This document shows, piece by piece, positions 1-10,251 of a stretch of DNA of 45,058 bases. This stretch comes from Promethearchaeota archaeon (GTDB lineage: Archaea; Asgardarchaeota; Hermodarchaeia; Hermodarchaeales; Hermodarchaeaceae). Positions within the stretch are counted from its first letter, which is position 1, and each line of letters opens with the position of its first letter. Where the stretch lies: contig JBHLMG010000017.1 of assembly GCA_048938385.1 (NCBI GenBank), positions 1 through 45,058 of the forward strand, written 5' to 3'. Below the pieces are notes generated by a model. It was not told the origin of the DNA and searched no databases. It saw only the letters and a list, made by a program, of their open reading frames with translations. Both the position numbers and the translations under genes were made by a program.

Positions 1-18
1 GCGGTTGAATCAGCACCG

Positions 19-312
19 TTAGATGTCTGGGAGTTGTCGACTAAGAATCCAATAGGAAGGTTGGGGAACACGGTGTCGATAGATTTCAAAGCGTTCCCCT
101 GATTCGACTATTACGATGAAATAATCTCGGTGTTTGCGTCGGTACCAGGTCGTTTTGAGGTCCAGCCGACGATTGCTAGCGATGATTTCACGGATAATAT
201 ACTCTCGGTTCCGCCAAGTGAACTTCACGGGTTTCTCCAAATCCTCCATTTCGACGGAGATGCGTTCACCGATAAATTTGCCTTCGCTTGTCATCTTGGA
301 TATTAGATTCAT
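19..312 (-). CDS. DUF6504-like small protein
   Basis: P-x-x-F-T-W-R-x-R-E-Y ... W-Y-R-R-x-H-R-D-Y-F ... G-E-R-F-E-I-Y ... W pattern; start trimmed to avoid overlap with the divergent PAC2 gene. Confidence 0.55.
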   Translation of the reverse strand: MNLISKMTSEGKFIGERISVEMEDLEKPVKFTWRNREYIIREIIASNRRLDLKTTWYRRKHRDYFIVIVESGERFEIYRHRVPQPSYWILSRQLPDI

Positions 313-357
313 GTACCCCGTAATCTTTTTTACTCTCCAGCATGCACTCAACACGCA

Positions 358-1140
358 ATGGAGGAAAAAGACATTTTGATGGTCCAAGAGACTCTCTTCG
401 AGATTGTCGAGTTGATAAAGCAACCCAAAGGCAAAAAACACGCTATCATTGCTTTGCCTGATGCAGGGTTAGTTGGTACAATCGCAGGAATGCACATCGT
501 TCAAGAGCTCCACTTGGAGCTTGCAGGTTACATTGATACCGAGATTATGCCGCCTGTCGCCGTAATTCATCACCGGAAAGCACGCCCGCCCATCCAAATA
601 TACGCCAATGCTGACCTGCTACTTATCGTATCCGAAATTCCCCTACCTGCAGAAGCCATGCGCCCCGTATCTATTGCTATTTTGAAGTACTTGCAAGAAC
701 TGGAACCGAAATCTATTGTGGCTCTGGGAGGTTCAGCAGTTCCCCCAGCCCTACGAACGCAGGTAGAGACACCTGAGGTCTTTGCAGTGACAACTACGCC
801 AGACGAATATGAACGGGTCAACAAACAGAAAATCAAATTTCTGGATGAAGGCATCGTAGCTGGAACCTACGCAATCATCTTGTTAGAAGCCGAGCGCCAG
901 AAAATCCCTGTGACTTATGTGATGGCGCAATCGTTTCTCAACATTCCAGACCCTGGAGCCGCTGCGGAGACCATTAAGACGCTCTCCCAGCTTACCGGGA
1001 TTTCTATCCCGACGAACAAGCTCATCGAAGGCGCCGAGGAGGTGCGTGTTCGAGTGCGTGATTTAATGAACCAGACTACGACCTCGATGCAGACGACCGG
1101 GAAGGACCAGGAATTCCAAATTCCAGCCTTTTATTCGTAG
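358..1140 (+). CDS. PAC2-family proteasome assembly chaperone (PbaB-like)
   Basis: LPDAGLVGTIA, P-x-Q-I-Y, SEIP, PDPGAA motifs; C-terminal F-Y-S fits the HbYX proteasome-binding motif. Confidence 0.9.
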   Translation: MEEKDILMVQETLFEIVELIKQPKGKKHAIIALPDAGLVGTIAGMHIVQELHLELAGYIDTEIMPPVAVIHHRKARPPIQIYANADLLLIVSEIPLPAEAMRPVSIAILKYLQELEPKSIVALGGSAVPPALRTQVETPEVFAVTTTPDEYERVNKQKIKFLDEGIVAGTYAIILLEAERQKIPVTYVMAQSFLNIPDPGAAAETIKTLSQLTGISIPTNKLIEGAEEVRVRVRDLMNQTTTSMQTTGKDQEFQIPAFYS

Positions 1141-1155
1141 TGAGGTGCGAGGAGT

Positions 1156-1626
1156 ATGCCAAGAGTAAAGCGGGATGAAGAAAAGAAGAACGCGTTACAG
1201 CGTTTAGACGAATCAGTGAAAGCGCTTCAACGCCGATTTGATGAGCTCTTTGGAGCAATGGATAGGATTCGACCACGCACCTCCACCCTGTGGGATGGTG
1301 ATTCCTGTTGCTTAGAAGCATTAGGCGAAGTGGAAGAAACCGAAAATGAATATGTGGTTACATTGGATCTACCCATGGTGAATAAAGAAGACATCGAAAT
1401 CACGGTAATGGATGATCACCTAGCTGTACAAGCGAAGATGCGGCAGGAAATGCATTTTGAACGCTGGGGTACGGTACAACGCGAAATTCGATTCCAAAGT
1501 CTAGCCAAAAGAGTGCCCCTTCCTAAGAACGCCGATGCAGAAAAGGTTCGAGCGTCCTTCCAGAACGGCATCTTAGAGATCCGAATTCCCAAAACCGAAA
1601 AACAACGACGCATAGCTATCGACTAG
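1156..1626 (+). CDS. Hsp20/alpha-crystallin small heat shock protein
   Basis: ETENEYVVTLDLP...ASFQNGILEIRIPK; GAGG-type RBS upstream. Confidence 0.92.
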   Translation: MPRVKRDEEKKNALQRLDESVKALQRRFDELFGAMDRIRPRTSTLWDGDSCCLEALGEVEETENEYVVTLDLPMVNKEDIEITVMDDHLAVQAKMRQEMHFERWGTVQREIRFQSLAKRVPLPKNADAEKVRASFQNGILEIRIPKTEKQRRIAID

Positions 1627-2186
1627 TCTGAGGATTCCGGTCGTAGATGCTTCTGGACGAGTAGGAGTCCAATAATCGATACACAATCTGTAATTTCAAA
1701 GCGTGTGACCATTTCCATCGCGAGGTCTAAGGATACAGAAACTACCTGAAAAGCTTCAGTTTCATCAGGTATCGCTTTGGAAGGGGCGAGGCCTGTTGCG
1801 AGGAAAATAAACCCCTGATCATCCATAACCGATTTGTTTGAACGCATCAAGCTCAGCTGTTCGAAATGGTTTGCCTGATAACCGATTTCTTCCCGCAGTT
1901 CACGCTGTGCCGCTTGATGAGGGGTTTCCCCCGCTTCCATTGCGCCGGATGGAATTTCCCAGGTTACCTTATCTTGAATGTACCGATACTGCCGGACGAG
2001 AATTACGGTCTTTGAGTCAAGGAGGGGAACGATGCCGACAAAGTCGTGAGGGGGAGTCACAACCCCATAGATGGTAGTCTGCCCGGTGGGGAGTTGGACT
2101 TGATCTTCATACACTGTAATCCACGGGTTTTGGTATACTGCTACGCGATGGAGGCGTTTCCACGCAGGGATTGTAGGGTCTGGCAT
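1623..2186 (-). CDS. NUDIX hydrolase (ADP-ribose pyrophosphatase-like)
   Basis: Nudix box GAMEAGETPHQAAQRELREEIG; QYRY...WEIPSG. Confidence 0.9.
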   Translation of the reverse strand: MPDPTIPAWKRLHRVAVYQNPWITVYEDQVQLPTGQTTIYGVVTPPHDFVGIVPLLDSKTVILVRQYRYIQDKVTWEIPSGAMEAGETPHQAAQRELREEIGYQANHFEQLSLMRSNKSVMDDQGFIFLATGLAPSKAIPDETEAFQVVSVSLDLAMEMVTRFEITDCVSIIGLLLVQKHLRPESSD

Positions 2187-2281
2187 GATACTGCACTGTT
2201 GGGTGGTGCGACTTCTTATGTCCTGCTGGTAGCCTAGAATAGGAGGAACATTAATATGGTTTTGAATATATATTCATAATT

Positions 2282-2719
2282 GTGCCGCGACCTCATAAGC
2301 GCAGGTTCGTCCGCGCAGAACCCAATATAACCTATTACAAACCCCGAGGGATCCCCATCGGAACTATCAGTGAGGTTGTACTCAATGTCGATGAGTTCGA
2401 AGCCCTTCGCGTGAAGGATCTTCTTGGGCTCCCTCAAAAGAAGGCAGCTCAGCAACTCAAGGTATCCCAACCCACGCTACATCGCATCCTCAAGACCGCG
2501 CACACCAAAGTAGCCGATGCATTGGTGAACGGGAAAGCTCTTCGAATTGAGGGCGGTCCCTTTGAATTGCCGTCCGTGCGCTGGTTCCGTTGCTTTACCT
2601 GTCAACATCAATGGACTGAACCCTTTGGAACAGGAAGACCGAGTAGTTGCCCACACTGTCAGAGCCTCTACCTGCGGAGGTTGGCACCATCCGAAGTCGA
2701 AGAACAAGAAGATGTATGA
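2282..2719 (+). CDS. DUF134 (UPF0251) HTH protein with C-terminal Zn ribbon
   Basis: MPRP..R...YYKPRG...DEFEALR..D..Q..AA..L.VSQPT..RIL; CxxC...CPxC. Confidence 0.88.
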   Translation: MPRPHKRRFVRAEPNITYYKPRGIPIGTISEVVLNVDEFEALRVKDLLGLPQKKAAQQLKVSQPTLHRILKTAHTKVADALVNGKALRIEGGPFELPSVRWFRCFTCQHQWTEPFGTGRPSSCPHCQSLYLRRLAPSEVEEQEDV

Positions 2720-2720
2720 T

Positions 2721-3122
2721 ATGAAAATCTGTATAACTGCTCAAGGTCCGACCTTAGAAGCCCCCGTGGATCCTCGGTTTGGACGCTGTGCAAACTTCGT
2801 ATTTGTAAATCCGGAGACAATGGAATTTGAAGCAGTACCAAATCCTGGCGCGATGGCCAGTGGGGGAGCCGGCATACAGGCAGCCCAGTTGGTTATGGAT
2901 AAGGACGCCACTACAGTGCTAACTGGCCAGATAGGACCAAATTCGTACCAAGCACTCATCGCCAATGGTCTTGAGGTATTCCTTGGCATAACTGGTACTG
3001 TAAACAACGCGATAGCCCAGTTTCGTGAAGGGAAGTTATCGAAGGCTTCCTCACCGACTGGCCCAGCCCATATGGGAATTGGCGGTGGGAGAGGACGCGG
3101 TGGCAGAGGAAGACGCAGTTGA
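2721..3122 (+). CDS. NifB/NifX family Mo-Fe cluster-binding protein
   Basis: MKICITA...VDPRFGRC...GAGIQAAQ...TGQIGPN; Gly/Arg tail; start set at MKICIT. Confidence 0.88.
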   Translation: MKICITAQGPTLEAPVDPRFGRCANFVFVNPETMEFEAVPNPGAMASGGAGIQAAQLVMDKDATTVLTGQIGPNSYQALIANGLEVFLGITGTVNNAIAQFREGKLSKASSPTGPAHMGIGGGRGRGGRGRRS

Positions 3123-3153
3123 CTGCAATACAGTCATTGTGTGGAGAATTGTG

Positions 3154-3528
3154 ATGAGGGAACGAATTGTTTTACCTGTCATGAATGATGCAGGAGAGTC
3201 CAGTCGATTATCAGGACATTTTGGTCGGGCCCCATGGTTTGCTATTGTTGAACTCAAAGCTGATGGAAAAATCGGAAAACTTGAGTTTCGACCAAATCGC
3301 AGCGAACACTTTGGTGGTCAAGGTCGACCACCAGATATTCTACTAGGATTCGAGCCAGATGTAGTGATCACATTCGGGATGGGGCCCCGAGCAATGCGCC
3401 AATTTCAATCAGCCGGGATTGCTGTTATGCAAGCCAATTCTGATGTTCTCGGTGAGGTTCTACGATCCTTTGCCCGAAATGAACTCACAGAATTAACAGA
3501 AGGTTGTCGTGAAGCCCGACACCCATAA
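3154..3528 (+). CDS. NifB/NifX family protein
   Basis: LSGHFGRAPWF...GMGPRA motifs. Confidence 0.85.
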   Translation: MRERIVLPVMNDAGESSRLSGHFGRAPWFAIVELKADGKIGKLEFRPNRSEHFGGQGRPPDILLGFEPDVVITFGMGPRAMRQFQSAGIAVMQANSDVLGEVLRSFARNELTELTEGCREARHP

Positions 3529-3565
3529 GAAGAAGCGCTCCGTTCGTATCAAGAGGCGTCTAAGC

Positions 3566-4414
3566 GTGATTATTGCTGTTGCGAGTGGAAAAGGTGGCAC
3601 TGGCAAAACCTCCCTTTCTGTGAATCTAGCCTTATCGATCCCACATCCGGTCCAACTGCTTGATTGTGACGCTGATGAACCTAATGTGCACACCCTTCTT
3701 CCCCTCAGAAAAGGATCTGTTAAGCCTGTCCACACATTGGTCCCAAAATTTGATGAGGAGAAATGCCGCAAGAGCAAAAAGTGCGCGACCTTCTGTCCAA
3801 ACCATGCAATTCTCGTGAGTAGTAAAGGAATTACCTTCTTTCCCGAGCTTTGTATTGGTTGTGGCGGCTGTATTCTAAGTTGCCCCAATCATGCTATTCG
3901 TGAAGGAACCCGGCGTGTGGGGACCTTACACAGGGGGATTTCACCAACAGGGATCGAAATTGTTTATGGTAATCTCGATGTGGGAGAAGCACTCGTCATT
4001 CCAGTTATCAAAGCCGTGAAAGCATCTGCTCGAACCAAAGATGATGCAACTGTAATCATCGACTCTCCTCCTGGCGTATCTTGTCCGATGGTAGAATCAG
4101 TTTATGGCGCAGACTATTGTCTGTTAGTGACCGAGCCCACCCCCTTCGGTCTCCATGATTTGCGACTAGCCGTTGATACAATTCGGCAACTCAAAATTCC
4201 AATTGGGGTGGTTGTTAATCGTGCAGGTGTTGGCGATCAACAAGTTTACCAATACTGCGAAAACGAGAATCTCCCAATACTACTTGAAATTCCTCACAGC
4301 CGTCAAATTGCAGAGCTGTTTTCTGAAGGGATTCCATTCGTGACGCAAATACCAGAATGGAAGCCTCAGTTACTAACCCTGTTTCACCAAATCCAGCAGG
4401 AGGTATTCCAATGA
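3566..4414 (+). CDS. MinD-superfamily P-loop ATPase with inserted 4Fe-4S ferredoxin domain
   Basis: VASGKGGTGKT, DCDADEPN, CxGCGxCxxxCP, DSPPG, TEPTPFGLHDL; GTG start after GAGG. Confidence 0.9.
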   Translation: MIIAVASGKGGTGKTSLSVNLALSIPHPVQLLDCDADEPNVHTLLPLRKGSVKPVHTLVPKFDEEKCRKSKKCATFCPNHAILVSSKGITFFPELCIGCGGCILSCPNHAIREGTRRVGTLHRGISPTGIEIVYGNLDVGEALVIPVIKAVKASARTKDDATVIIDSPPGVSCPMVESVYGADYCLLVTEPTPFGLHDLRLAVDTIRQLKIPIGVVVNRAGVGDQQVYQYCENENLPILLEIPHSRQIAELFSEGIPFVTQIPEWKPQLLTLFHQIQQEVFQ

Positions 4415-5289
4415 AAGAGTTGGTCTTGCTGAGCGGAAAAGGTGGAACAGGAAAAACCTCGATTACTGCGGCGTTAACTATGCTAGCACCAAAACCCGTG
4501 GTTGCAGATTGTGATGTTGATGCACCGAATTTACATCTCCTGCTCAACCCTGAGATCCAGCACTCAGACGAATTCATCACATCAAAGCAAGCGATCATAA
4601 CTCCTGAACTCTGTTTTGAGTGTGGCGCCTGTCAACTCGCCTGCCGGTTTGGTGCAGTTACTCCCGAATTTACAATCGAACCGATTCTGTGTGAAGGCTG
4701 TGGGGTTTGTCAAATGAGCTGTCCCTACAACGCCATCCAAATGCAGGACCGCCTTTCTGGATACATCTACTCATCGACTACTGCCTACGGCCCTATGGCC
4801 CACGCTCAGTTGCTAGCTGGGGAAAGTAATTCAGGGAAACTCGTCACGAAAGTTCGAGAACTCGCCCGAAATATAGCTGAAGCAAGCGGAAACATTTTCA
4901 TACTCGTCGATGGCCCCCCGGGAATCGCTTGCTCAGCAATTGCAGCTGTTACCGGCGCGTCAATGGGATTGATAGTTGCAGAGCCAACGGTTCCTGCCAT
5001 TCACGATCTGCACCGCGTAGTGCTTCTTCTCAATCACTTCCAAATCCCAGTAATGGTGCTCATTAACAAGTACGACTTGAATTTGCAGAAAACCAACGAG
5101 ATCGAAGGATTTTGTCAAGAACATGATATTCCAGTTGTCGGACAAATTCCTTATGATTCGATTATGTATGAAGCGGTCAGCGCGGGCCATCCAATCATTG
5201 AATACGCTCCCACTCACTCGGTGTCCGCAAGCTTAGCAAAAGTTTGGAAAAGGGTGGAACACTATCTGATGGAACTAACGATTGAATAG
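4411..5289 (+). CDS. MinD-superfamily P-loop ATPase with inserted 4Fe-4S ferredoxin domain (second paralogue)
   Basis: SGKGGTGKT, DCDVDAPN, two CxxCxxCxxxC motifs, NSGKLV, DGPPG; ATGA overlap with the previous gene. Confidence 0.9.
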   Translation: MKELVLLSGKGGTGKTSITAALTMLAPKPVVADCDVDAPNLHLLLNPEIQHSDEFITSKQAIITPELCFECGACQLACRFGAVTPEFTIEPILCEGCGVCQMSCPYNAIQMQDRLSGYIYSSTTAYGPMAHAQLLAGESNSGKLVTKVRELARNIAEASGNIFILVDGPPGIACSAIAAVTGASMGLIVAEPTVPAIHDLHRVVLLLNHFQIPVMVLINKYDLNLQKTNEIEGFCQEHDIPVVGQIPYDSIMYEAVSAGHPIIEYAPTHSVSASLAKVWKRVEHYLMELTIE

Positions 5290-5320
5290 CCCTAAATTCG
5301 CCCTAAGACCATTGCTACAT

Positions 5321-5605
5321 CTAGTTTCCCGTTTTAGCTCCGCATTGTGAGCAATATTTCGCGAATGGAACTAAAGACGCATTACATTTCGGGCAAAAAC
5401 TAATGCTAGGAGCGGGACGGAGAGGAACCGTTGAAGGCGGTTGGGGTACCGACGCTGTATCTCGTTGATAGAAATACCAGCAACTTCCAGGTCCATATAA
5501 CCAGCCTGGGCGTTCCCACGGAGGAAGATGCGAGAAGGGACCATTTCCTGGCCATGGACCCTGGTTTCTTCCGCGTCCTCTACCACGACTACTGCGTTGC
5601 CACAT
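5321..5605 (-). CDS. small Gly/Arg-rich protein with C-terminal zinc ribbon
   Basis: GRGRG, PWPGNGPFSxLPPWERPGW, CPKC...CSQCG. Confidence 0.7.
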   Translation of the reverse strand: MWQRSSRGRGRGRNQGPWPGNGPFSHLPPWERPGWLYGPGSCWYFYQRDTASVPQPPSTVPLRPAPSISFCPKCNASLVPFAKYCSQCGAKTGN

Positions 5606-5708
5606 GTTTTTTCCTCCAGAAGTATTTTGTGCGAATGCACAAATCTATTTTGTGATAATGCACAGAAATATATAAATGCACCGACTGGACAACTCCTCCT
5701 GAACAACC

Positions 5709-6035
5709 ATGAGACACCGCAGAGGTTGGGGAGGCCGTGGTCGCCCACCAAAACCCGTAGTCTTAGGCCATACGCCAGTTCCCACGAAATTTATTCCACA
5801 TGTCTTGGGTGAAGCGCGCACTTCGCCTCTCCGCGACCCCGTTGAACTCTCCTATCCAGAATTAGAAGCATTACGCCTGGTTGATCGGGAAGGCTTAGAT
5901 CAAGAACAAGCAGGAGGAAAAATGGGCGTGTCGCGTGGGACAGTATGGCGTCTGCTTAACGAAGGTCGGAGGAAGGTCGCAACCGCATTAACGGAGCTTC
6001 GACCGATTTTAATTACTCCACAGTTCATCGAATAA
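5709..6035 (+). CDS. DUF134 HTH protein
   Basis: GRPPK...ELEALRLVD.EGL.QE.AG.KMGVSRGTVWRLL. Confidence 0.88.
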   Translation: MRHRRGWGGRGRPPKPVVLGHTPVPTKFIPHVLGEARTSPLRDPVELSYPELEALRLVDREGLDQEQAGGKMGVSRGTVWRLLNEGRRKVATALTELRPILITPQFIE

Positions 6036-6054
6036 CAAACACCAGAGAAAAGAG

Positions 6055-7320
6055 TTAATCTTGTTCACGACGATATTGGTCAGGCTCAGCCCGGTATACC
6101 TTCTCAACCGTTTTTCCCGCACCCGGAGTATCCAGTTCTACATCTCGTTTCTCACCATGTGGCTCGTTGAGCGTCTCTTTGAACACATCGCTTTGAATAA
6201 TAAGGCGCATGATCTCACTACTACCCGTCCAGATAGTCGCAAGTCGGGCATCTCGGAAGAGCCGCTCGATCGGGTAGACATCAGTGTACCCAATTCCGCC
6301 AAGAATTTGCATGGATTCAGAGACCGTTTGGAAACACGCTTCAGTCGCGAAGAGCTTGGCCTGAGATACCGCCTTTCGGCTGGGTTCACCTGTATCAGCC
6401 AGTCGCGCTGCATGGTATACCAGTCCACGAGCGGCATCGAGTGCGGTTGCGCAATCGGCGATTTTGAAATTGACGCCCTCGTACCTGCTGATGGTCTTAC
6501 CGAAGGCTTCTCGTCGTGCAGCATAACGGATAGCCAGTTCTAAGGCCGCGCGACCAAGCCCTATTGCACCCGCCGCAGAAGTGAGTCGTTCAGGGACCAT
6601 CATGGCATTGAAAATATCGGTAGCTTCATCGAGTTGACCAATCAAATTGTCCTTGGGGACCTCAACATCCTTTAACACGATTCGGGCTGCACCCATGCCA
6701 CGGCACCCGAGCAGGCTATAATGTTCATCCACTTCGACACCCATATCACGATCAACGAGAAAAGCACTCAAAGATTTGTGTGGTGGAGCCTCGAGGTTGG
6801 TTTTAGCGTAAATCAGGAAGTAGTCGGCACCCACTCCCCCTGCTACAAAGCGTTTTTCGCCGTTAACCAGAAAATGATCTCCATGAGGAGTGGCAGAGGT
6901 TATTGTGCCAAAGAAATCAGATCCTCCCCGTGGTTCAGTAAGCCCCTCTGCACAGATTTTTTCTCCATAGATTGTCGGTGCGAGATAATTTTTTTTCTGT
7001 TCTTCAGAGCCAAACTTATCAATCGCTTCACCAACAATACTGGGGAGAGAATAGGCACAGCCAAGCGCAATTCCGAGAACACCTATTTCTTCGATAGCCA
7101 GCATTTCCGAGACCCAGTTGAGACCTCGACCCCCATATTTTGTGGGAAACCGGAGACCGATCAGGTTAGCCTTTGTCACGGCCGTGACAAACTCGTAAGG
7201 ATATTCCTGTTCGTTGCCATCCATTCGCACAAGCAGATCCGGATTAACCTGATCGCGAACGAATTCTCGGACTTCATTGCGAATTTGCCGCTCTTTTTCC
7301 GTCAAGAGAACATCAAACAT
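6055..7320 (-). CDS. acyl-CoA dehydrogenase
   Basis: LTEPRGGSD, NGEKRF, R.AFG..I, QILGGIGY...ERLFRDAR...G.SEI. Confidence 0.93.
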   Translation of the reverse strand: MFDVLLTEKERQIRNEVREFVRDQVNPDLLVRMDGNEQEYPYEFVTAVTKANLIGLRFPTKYGGRGLNWVSEMLAIEEIGVLGIALGCAYSLPSIVGEAIDKFGSEEQKKNYLAPTIYGEKICAEGLTEPRGGSDFFGTITSATPHGDHFLVNGEKRFVAGGVGADYFLIYAKTNLEAPPHKSLSAFLVDRDMGVEVDEHYSLLGCRGMGAARIVLKDVEVPKDNLIGQLDEATDIFNAMMVPERLTSAAGAIGLGRAALELAIRYAARREAFGKTISRYEGVNFKIADCATALDAARGLVYHAARLADTGEPSRKAVSQAKLFATEACFQTVSESMQILGGIGYTDVYPIERLFRDARLATIWTGSSEIMRLIIQSDVFKETLNEPHGEKRDVELDTPGAGKTVEKVYRAEPDQYRREQD

Positions 7321-7369
7321 TTACAGTTCACCTTTTTACTGGCGTAGTCTTTGTGGCGATATTATAGCG

Positions 7370-7705
7370 TCAATCCAATAAAGCGCTTAAGGTATCGGCG
7401 TGAGGGGGATTACGAGTGATATAGATCGCATCTACTGGGCAAACGAGTTCGCAAGCTAAACATTCAAGGCAGGCAGTCTCGTTGACAGGGTCGGCTTTAA
7501 TCGTCTGAGGCTGCGCCTTCCATTTGATGAAAACCTCAACTGGACAAACTGCAAAGCACTTCAAGCATCCCGTACAGGAATCAAAGTCAACAGCAACCCG
7601 CGTACCATGAATGCCTAACTGGGCTTGCGTAGAAGCCCACACAGTGTGTCCTTCATGGGTGCCCTTACGCTTCCATGTCGTTTGAAATGACCTGTCGATT
7701 GGCAC
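7370..7705 (-). CDS. 4Fe-4S dicluster ferredoxin (archaeal Zn-ferredoxin-like N-terminus)
   Basis: PID...LGIHGT.VAVDFDSC..C..C...CP and KADP.NE..C..C..C...CP. Confidence 0.8.
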   Translation of the reverse strand: MPIDRSFQTTWKRKGTHEGHTVWASTQAQLGIHGTRVAVDFDSCTGCLKCFAVCPVEVFIKWKAQPQTIKADPVNETACLECLACELVCPVDAIYITRNPPHADTLSALLD

Positions 7706-7796
7706 AAGACCACACCTAACCATAGGGAGGAAGTAGACAAAAGTTAAGCTGTTTAAGACCCTGACATGTAATAATAATACCAAGACTAGTCATTAC

Positions 7797-8324
7797 TTGA
7801 AAATCGGGAGCGGAACCACCTCGTCATCAATTCAGATTAAGGACCTAACCCATGAAAACCTCACTAAAGCCACATTAGTTTACGCTCAAGGAGTGTTAAT
7901 GGAAGTCCCTCCAGGCTCAACTGCTCCCTTGGAGGTTCTGGCAGTATCCTTAAAGACAGATTTAGAATTTTATTTATCCAAGAAAAGGAACAGAACCATC
8001 TGGCTAGCGATGGAAGACAAAGAGGTCAAAGGACTTGTAGACTTCTTTCTTAAACCTCCACGCGTACACATCAAATTTCTTTGCGCCATTCCTCCTGGCC
8101 AGGGTACAGGCACACTCATACTCCGGTATCTTGCGAACTATTGCCTATCTCGGAAAATAAGCACCATAACAGCCGAGGTGAGCAAAGATGATTCACGGGC
8201 TTGGAATTTCTACTTCAACCATCTAGGATTCCGAAACCAGGGAATAAGCACCGAAGAACCGGATTTAACACTTCATCAAGCAATAATTCAGCCTCACACT
8301 CTTCTCGACAACTTAAAAGGCTAA
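7797..8324 (+). CDS. GNAT family N-acetyltransferase
   Basis: GQGTGTLIL acetyl-CoA motif; A.NFY...LGF. Confidence 0.75.
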   Translation: MKIGSGTTSSSIQIKDLTHENLTKATLVYAQGVLMEVPPGSTAPLEVLAVSLKTDLEFYLSKKRNRTIWLAMEDKEVKGLVDFFLKPPRVHIKFLCAIPPGQGTGTLILRYLANYCLSRKISTITAEVSKDDSRAWNFYFNHLGFRNQGISTEEPDLTLHQAIIQPHTLLDNLKG

Positions 8325-8325
8325 C

Positions 8326-8370
8326 AAAAAAAACAAGAATGCCTTCACGCCACAACTTATGGCGTGAAGG
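8326..8370 (-). terminator. hairpin plus T-tract between the convergent GNAT and SSB genes
   Basis: CCTTCACGCCA-caactta-TGGCGTGAAGG 11-bp stem (8342-8370); A-run on + gives a T-tract on -. Confidence 0.7.
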
Positions 8371-8397
8371 AAGCAGATTGTAGGAACTAATGCGGAC

Positions 8398-8880
8398 TTA
8401 GTAGCGACGACTGCCTCTACGGTCACGACCGCCTCGTCGATAGCCAGAATCGCGAGATTGATAACCACCGTACGAGCGACCACCATAACTGGGTCGACGG
8501 GGTCGCTGTTCATGTTCTTCAGCGGAGAGATCGTTTTCTCTATCAACATCTTTGATTTCAGCGTCCGCTTCCTTGAGTTCACCGTACCGCCCAATGTTGA
8601 GTCGGAGGTGCCCTTGGAAGAGGCTGGTGTAGCCGTTTTCAATTCGGTAGGTTTTGTCTAATTCTACGGTGTCGATCATGTCATCCCAAAGGGATAGAAT
8701 CACTGTGCCAGATGTGTCGCCCACAACAGCGTCGACGACACGGTGCGTTTCGTTGTCACGGCGTGAAGTGACTTCTCGTTCATCGCCTTTTTCAACGATT
8801 TTAATGGTGATGTTCAGACTTTTCATGTAGGGTCGCAGTTCTGCGACTGTAGCCTCAATAGGCTCTCGATCTGTGCTCAT
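8398..8880 (-). CDS. ssb: single-stranded DNA-binding protein (single OB fold, RG-rich tail), copy 1
   Basis: GD.SG...LSLWD...IENGYTSLFQGHLRLNIGRYG; Arg/Gly tail as in crenarchaeal-type SSB. Confidence 0.85.
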   Translation of the reverse strand: MSTDREPIEATVAELRPYMKSLNITIKIVEKGDEREVTSRRDNETHRVVDAVVGDTSGTVILSLWDDMIDTVELDKTYRIENGYTSLFQGHLRLNIGRYGELKEADAEIKDVDRENDLSAEEHEQRPRRPSYGGRSYGGYQSRDSGYRRGGRDRRGSRRY

Positions 8881-9439
8881 TTTTGGTACCACATTTCTTG
8901 CATGATCAGGCTTCAAAATGAAATGTTTTCCCTCGGTCTGCCGCAAGGGGGATAGCCACAAGAGAAAAGTATTCCAGTTTGTCGGCACTGCCTTCAACCC
9001 CAATCCATCTCGCCTATAAAAAGGCTCCGGGATAATTGACTATTTAGACATTTGAACCTGTCATAAACCCGCGGAAAAGATAAATAGCAACCGTTGTATA
9101 CGCGCAAAGAGTCTATGTGGTACTTGAGGAGCAATCTCTGGTTCTTAGAGATATTTTCGGTGACGCAGATGGTAGAAATTAAACGATTTGTCAGTAACTG
9201 TAAACCACGAAGCAATTTCTTTGTGAAAGAAAGAATCAGTGAACTCAGCGGTAGTTTAGATGAGATGCTTGAGCCATCTCCTTCACAGCGTAAAACCTCC
9301 TATGACGAAGCCTTGCATATGATAAAGCAGTTTACTCGTCTTATCAAAGACTGTAACTACCAAATTTCACCTGATAATTAGGCTCCTCTTCGTAGTGCTC
9401 CAGACCAGTCCCTGCTGTTATAAACGGGAGTGATACGCT

Positions 9440-10150
9440 ATGACCGGAAACCTAGACTCTAGCGTGCTAAACCTTCTTAGTTACGGCCTATACATTGTTG
9501 CTTCTCAGTCTAAGGGGAAAATGAACGGACAAATCGTTAACACCGTGTTTCAGGTGACCGCGATTCCGCCTCGTGTAGCTGTAAGTATTAACAAAGAGAA
9601 CCTCACCCATGAATACATCTCGGAAAGTAGATTATTTTCTGTCTCAATTCTTGATGAATCTACGCCGATGCAGTTTATCGGGCTCTTTGGATTCCGATCA
9701 GGACGAGAGGTGGACAAGCTTCACGATGTTACTCATGTCAAAGGGAACGAAAATTGCCCAATCGTCACGGAACATTCCCTCGGAATCTTCGAGGTGAAAG
9801 TAACTCATCAAATTGATGTGGGAACGCACACCCTGTTTATTGGTGATGTAATGGGGGGACGGCGGCTCCGCGAAGGAACGCCCCTGACATACGCATACTA
9901 CCACCAAGTTAAACGCGGGAAAACACCGAAAAGAGCAGCCACTTATATCGAACCAACTAAAGACATTCCAGTGAGCCCGACAAGGGACAAACTACAGCAC
10001 TATCGGTGTGAAGTGTGCGGATGGGTCTATAACCCACTAGTAGGTGACCCAGATAATGGAATACCACCTGGAACCCCATTTGAGGATTTACCCGACACTT
10101 GGGTATGTCCGCTTTGCGGAGCAAGGAAAGATCAGTTTAAACCCCTCTAA
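9440..10150 (+). CDS. flavin reductase-rubredoxin fusion (high-molecular-weight rubredoxin)
   Basis: LSYGLYIV...FGFRSGR..DK...GTHTLFIG; C-terminal [12 protein letters not shown]...[17 protein letters not shown]. Confidence 0.9.
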   Translation: MTGNLDSSVLNLLSYGLYIVASQSKGKMNGQIVNTVFQVTAIPPRVAVSINKENLTHEYISESRLFSVSILDESTPMQFIGLFGFRSGREVDKLHDVTHVKGNENCPIVTEHSLGIFEVKVTHQIDVGTHTLFIGDVMGGRRLREGTPLTYAYYHQVKRGKTPKRAATYIEPTKDIPVSPTRDKLQHYRCEVCGWVYNPLVGDPDNGIPPGTPFEDLPDTWVCPLCGARKDQFKPL

Positions 10151-10251
10151 AGGTTGGCTTTCACCTCTCGCGGAATTTGATGTTGCGAGTTGACTAAGCC
10201 GTCCGAAACGGATAATAATAGTATTCAACTGTGCCTTGTCAGTGATTGAAA

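Noticed and set aside
9094-9381. 95-aa ORF in the SSB / flavin reductase intergenic region
   Set aside because: TTG start, no recognisable motif, and it overlaps probable promoter DNA; at most a remnant.
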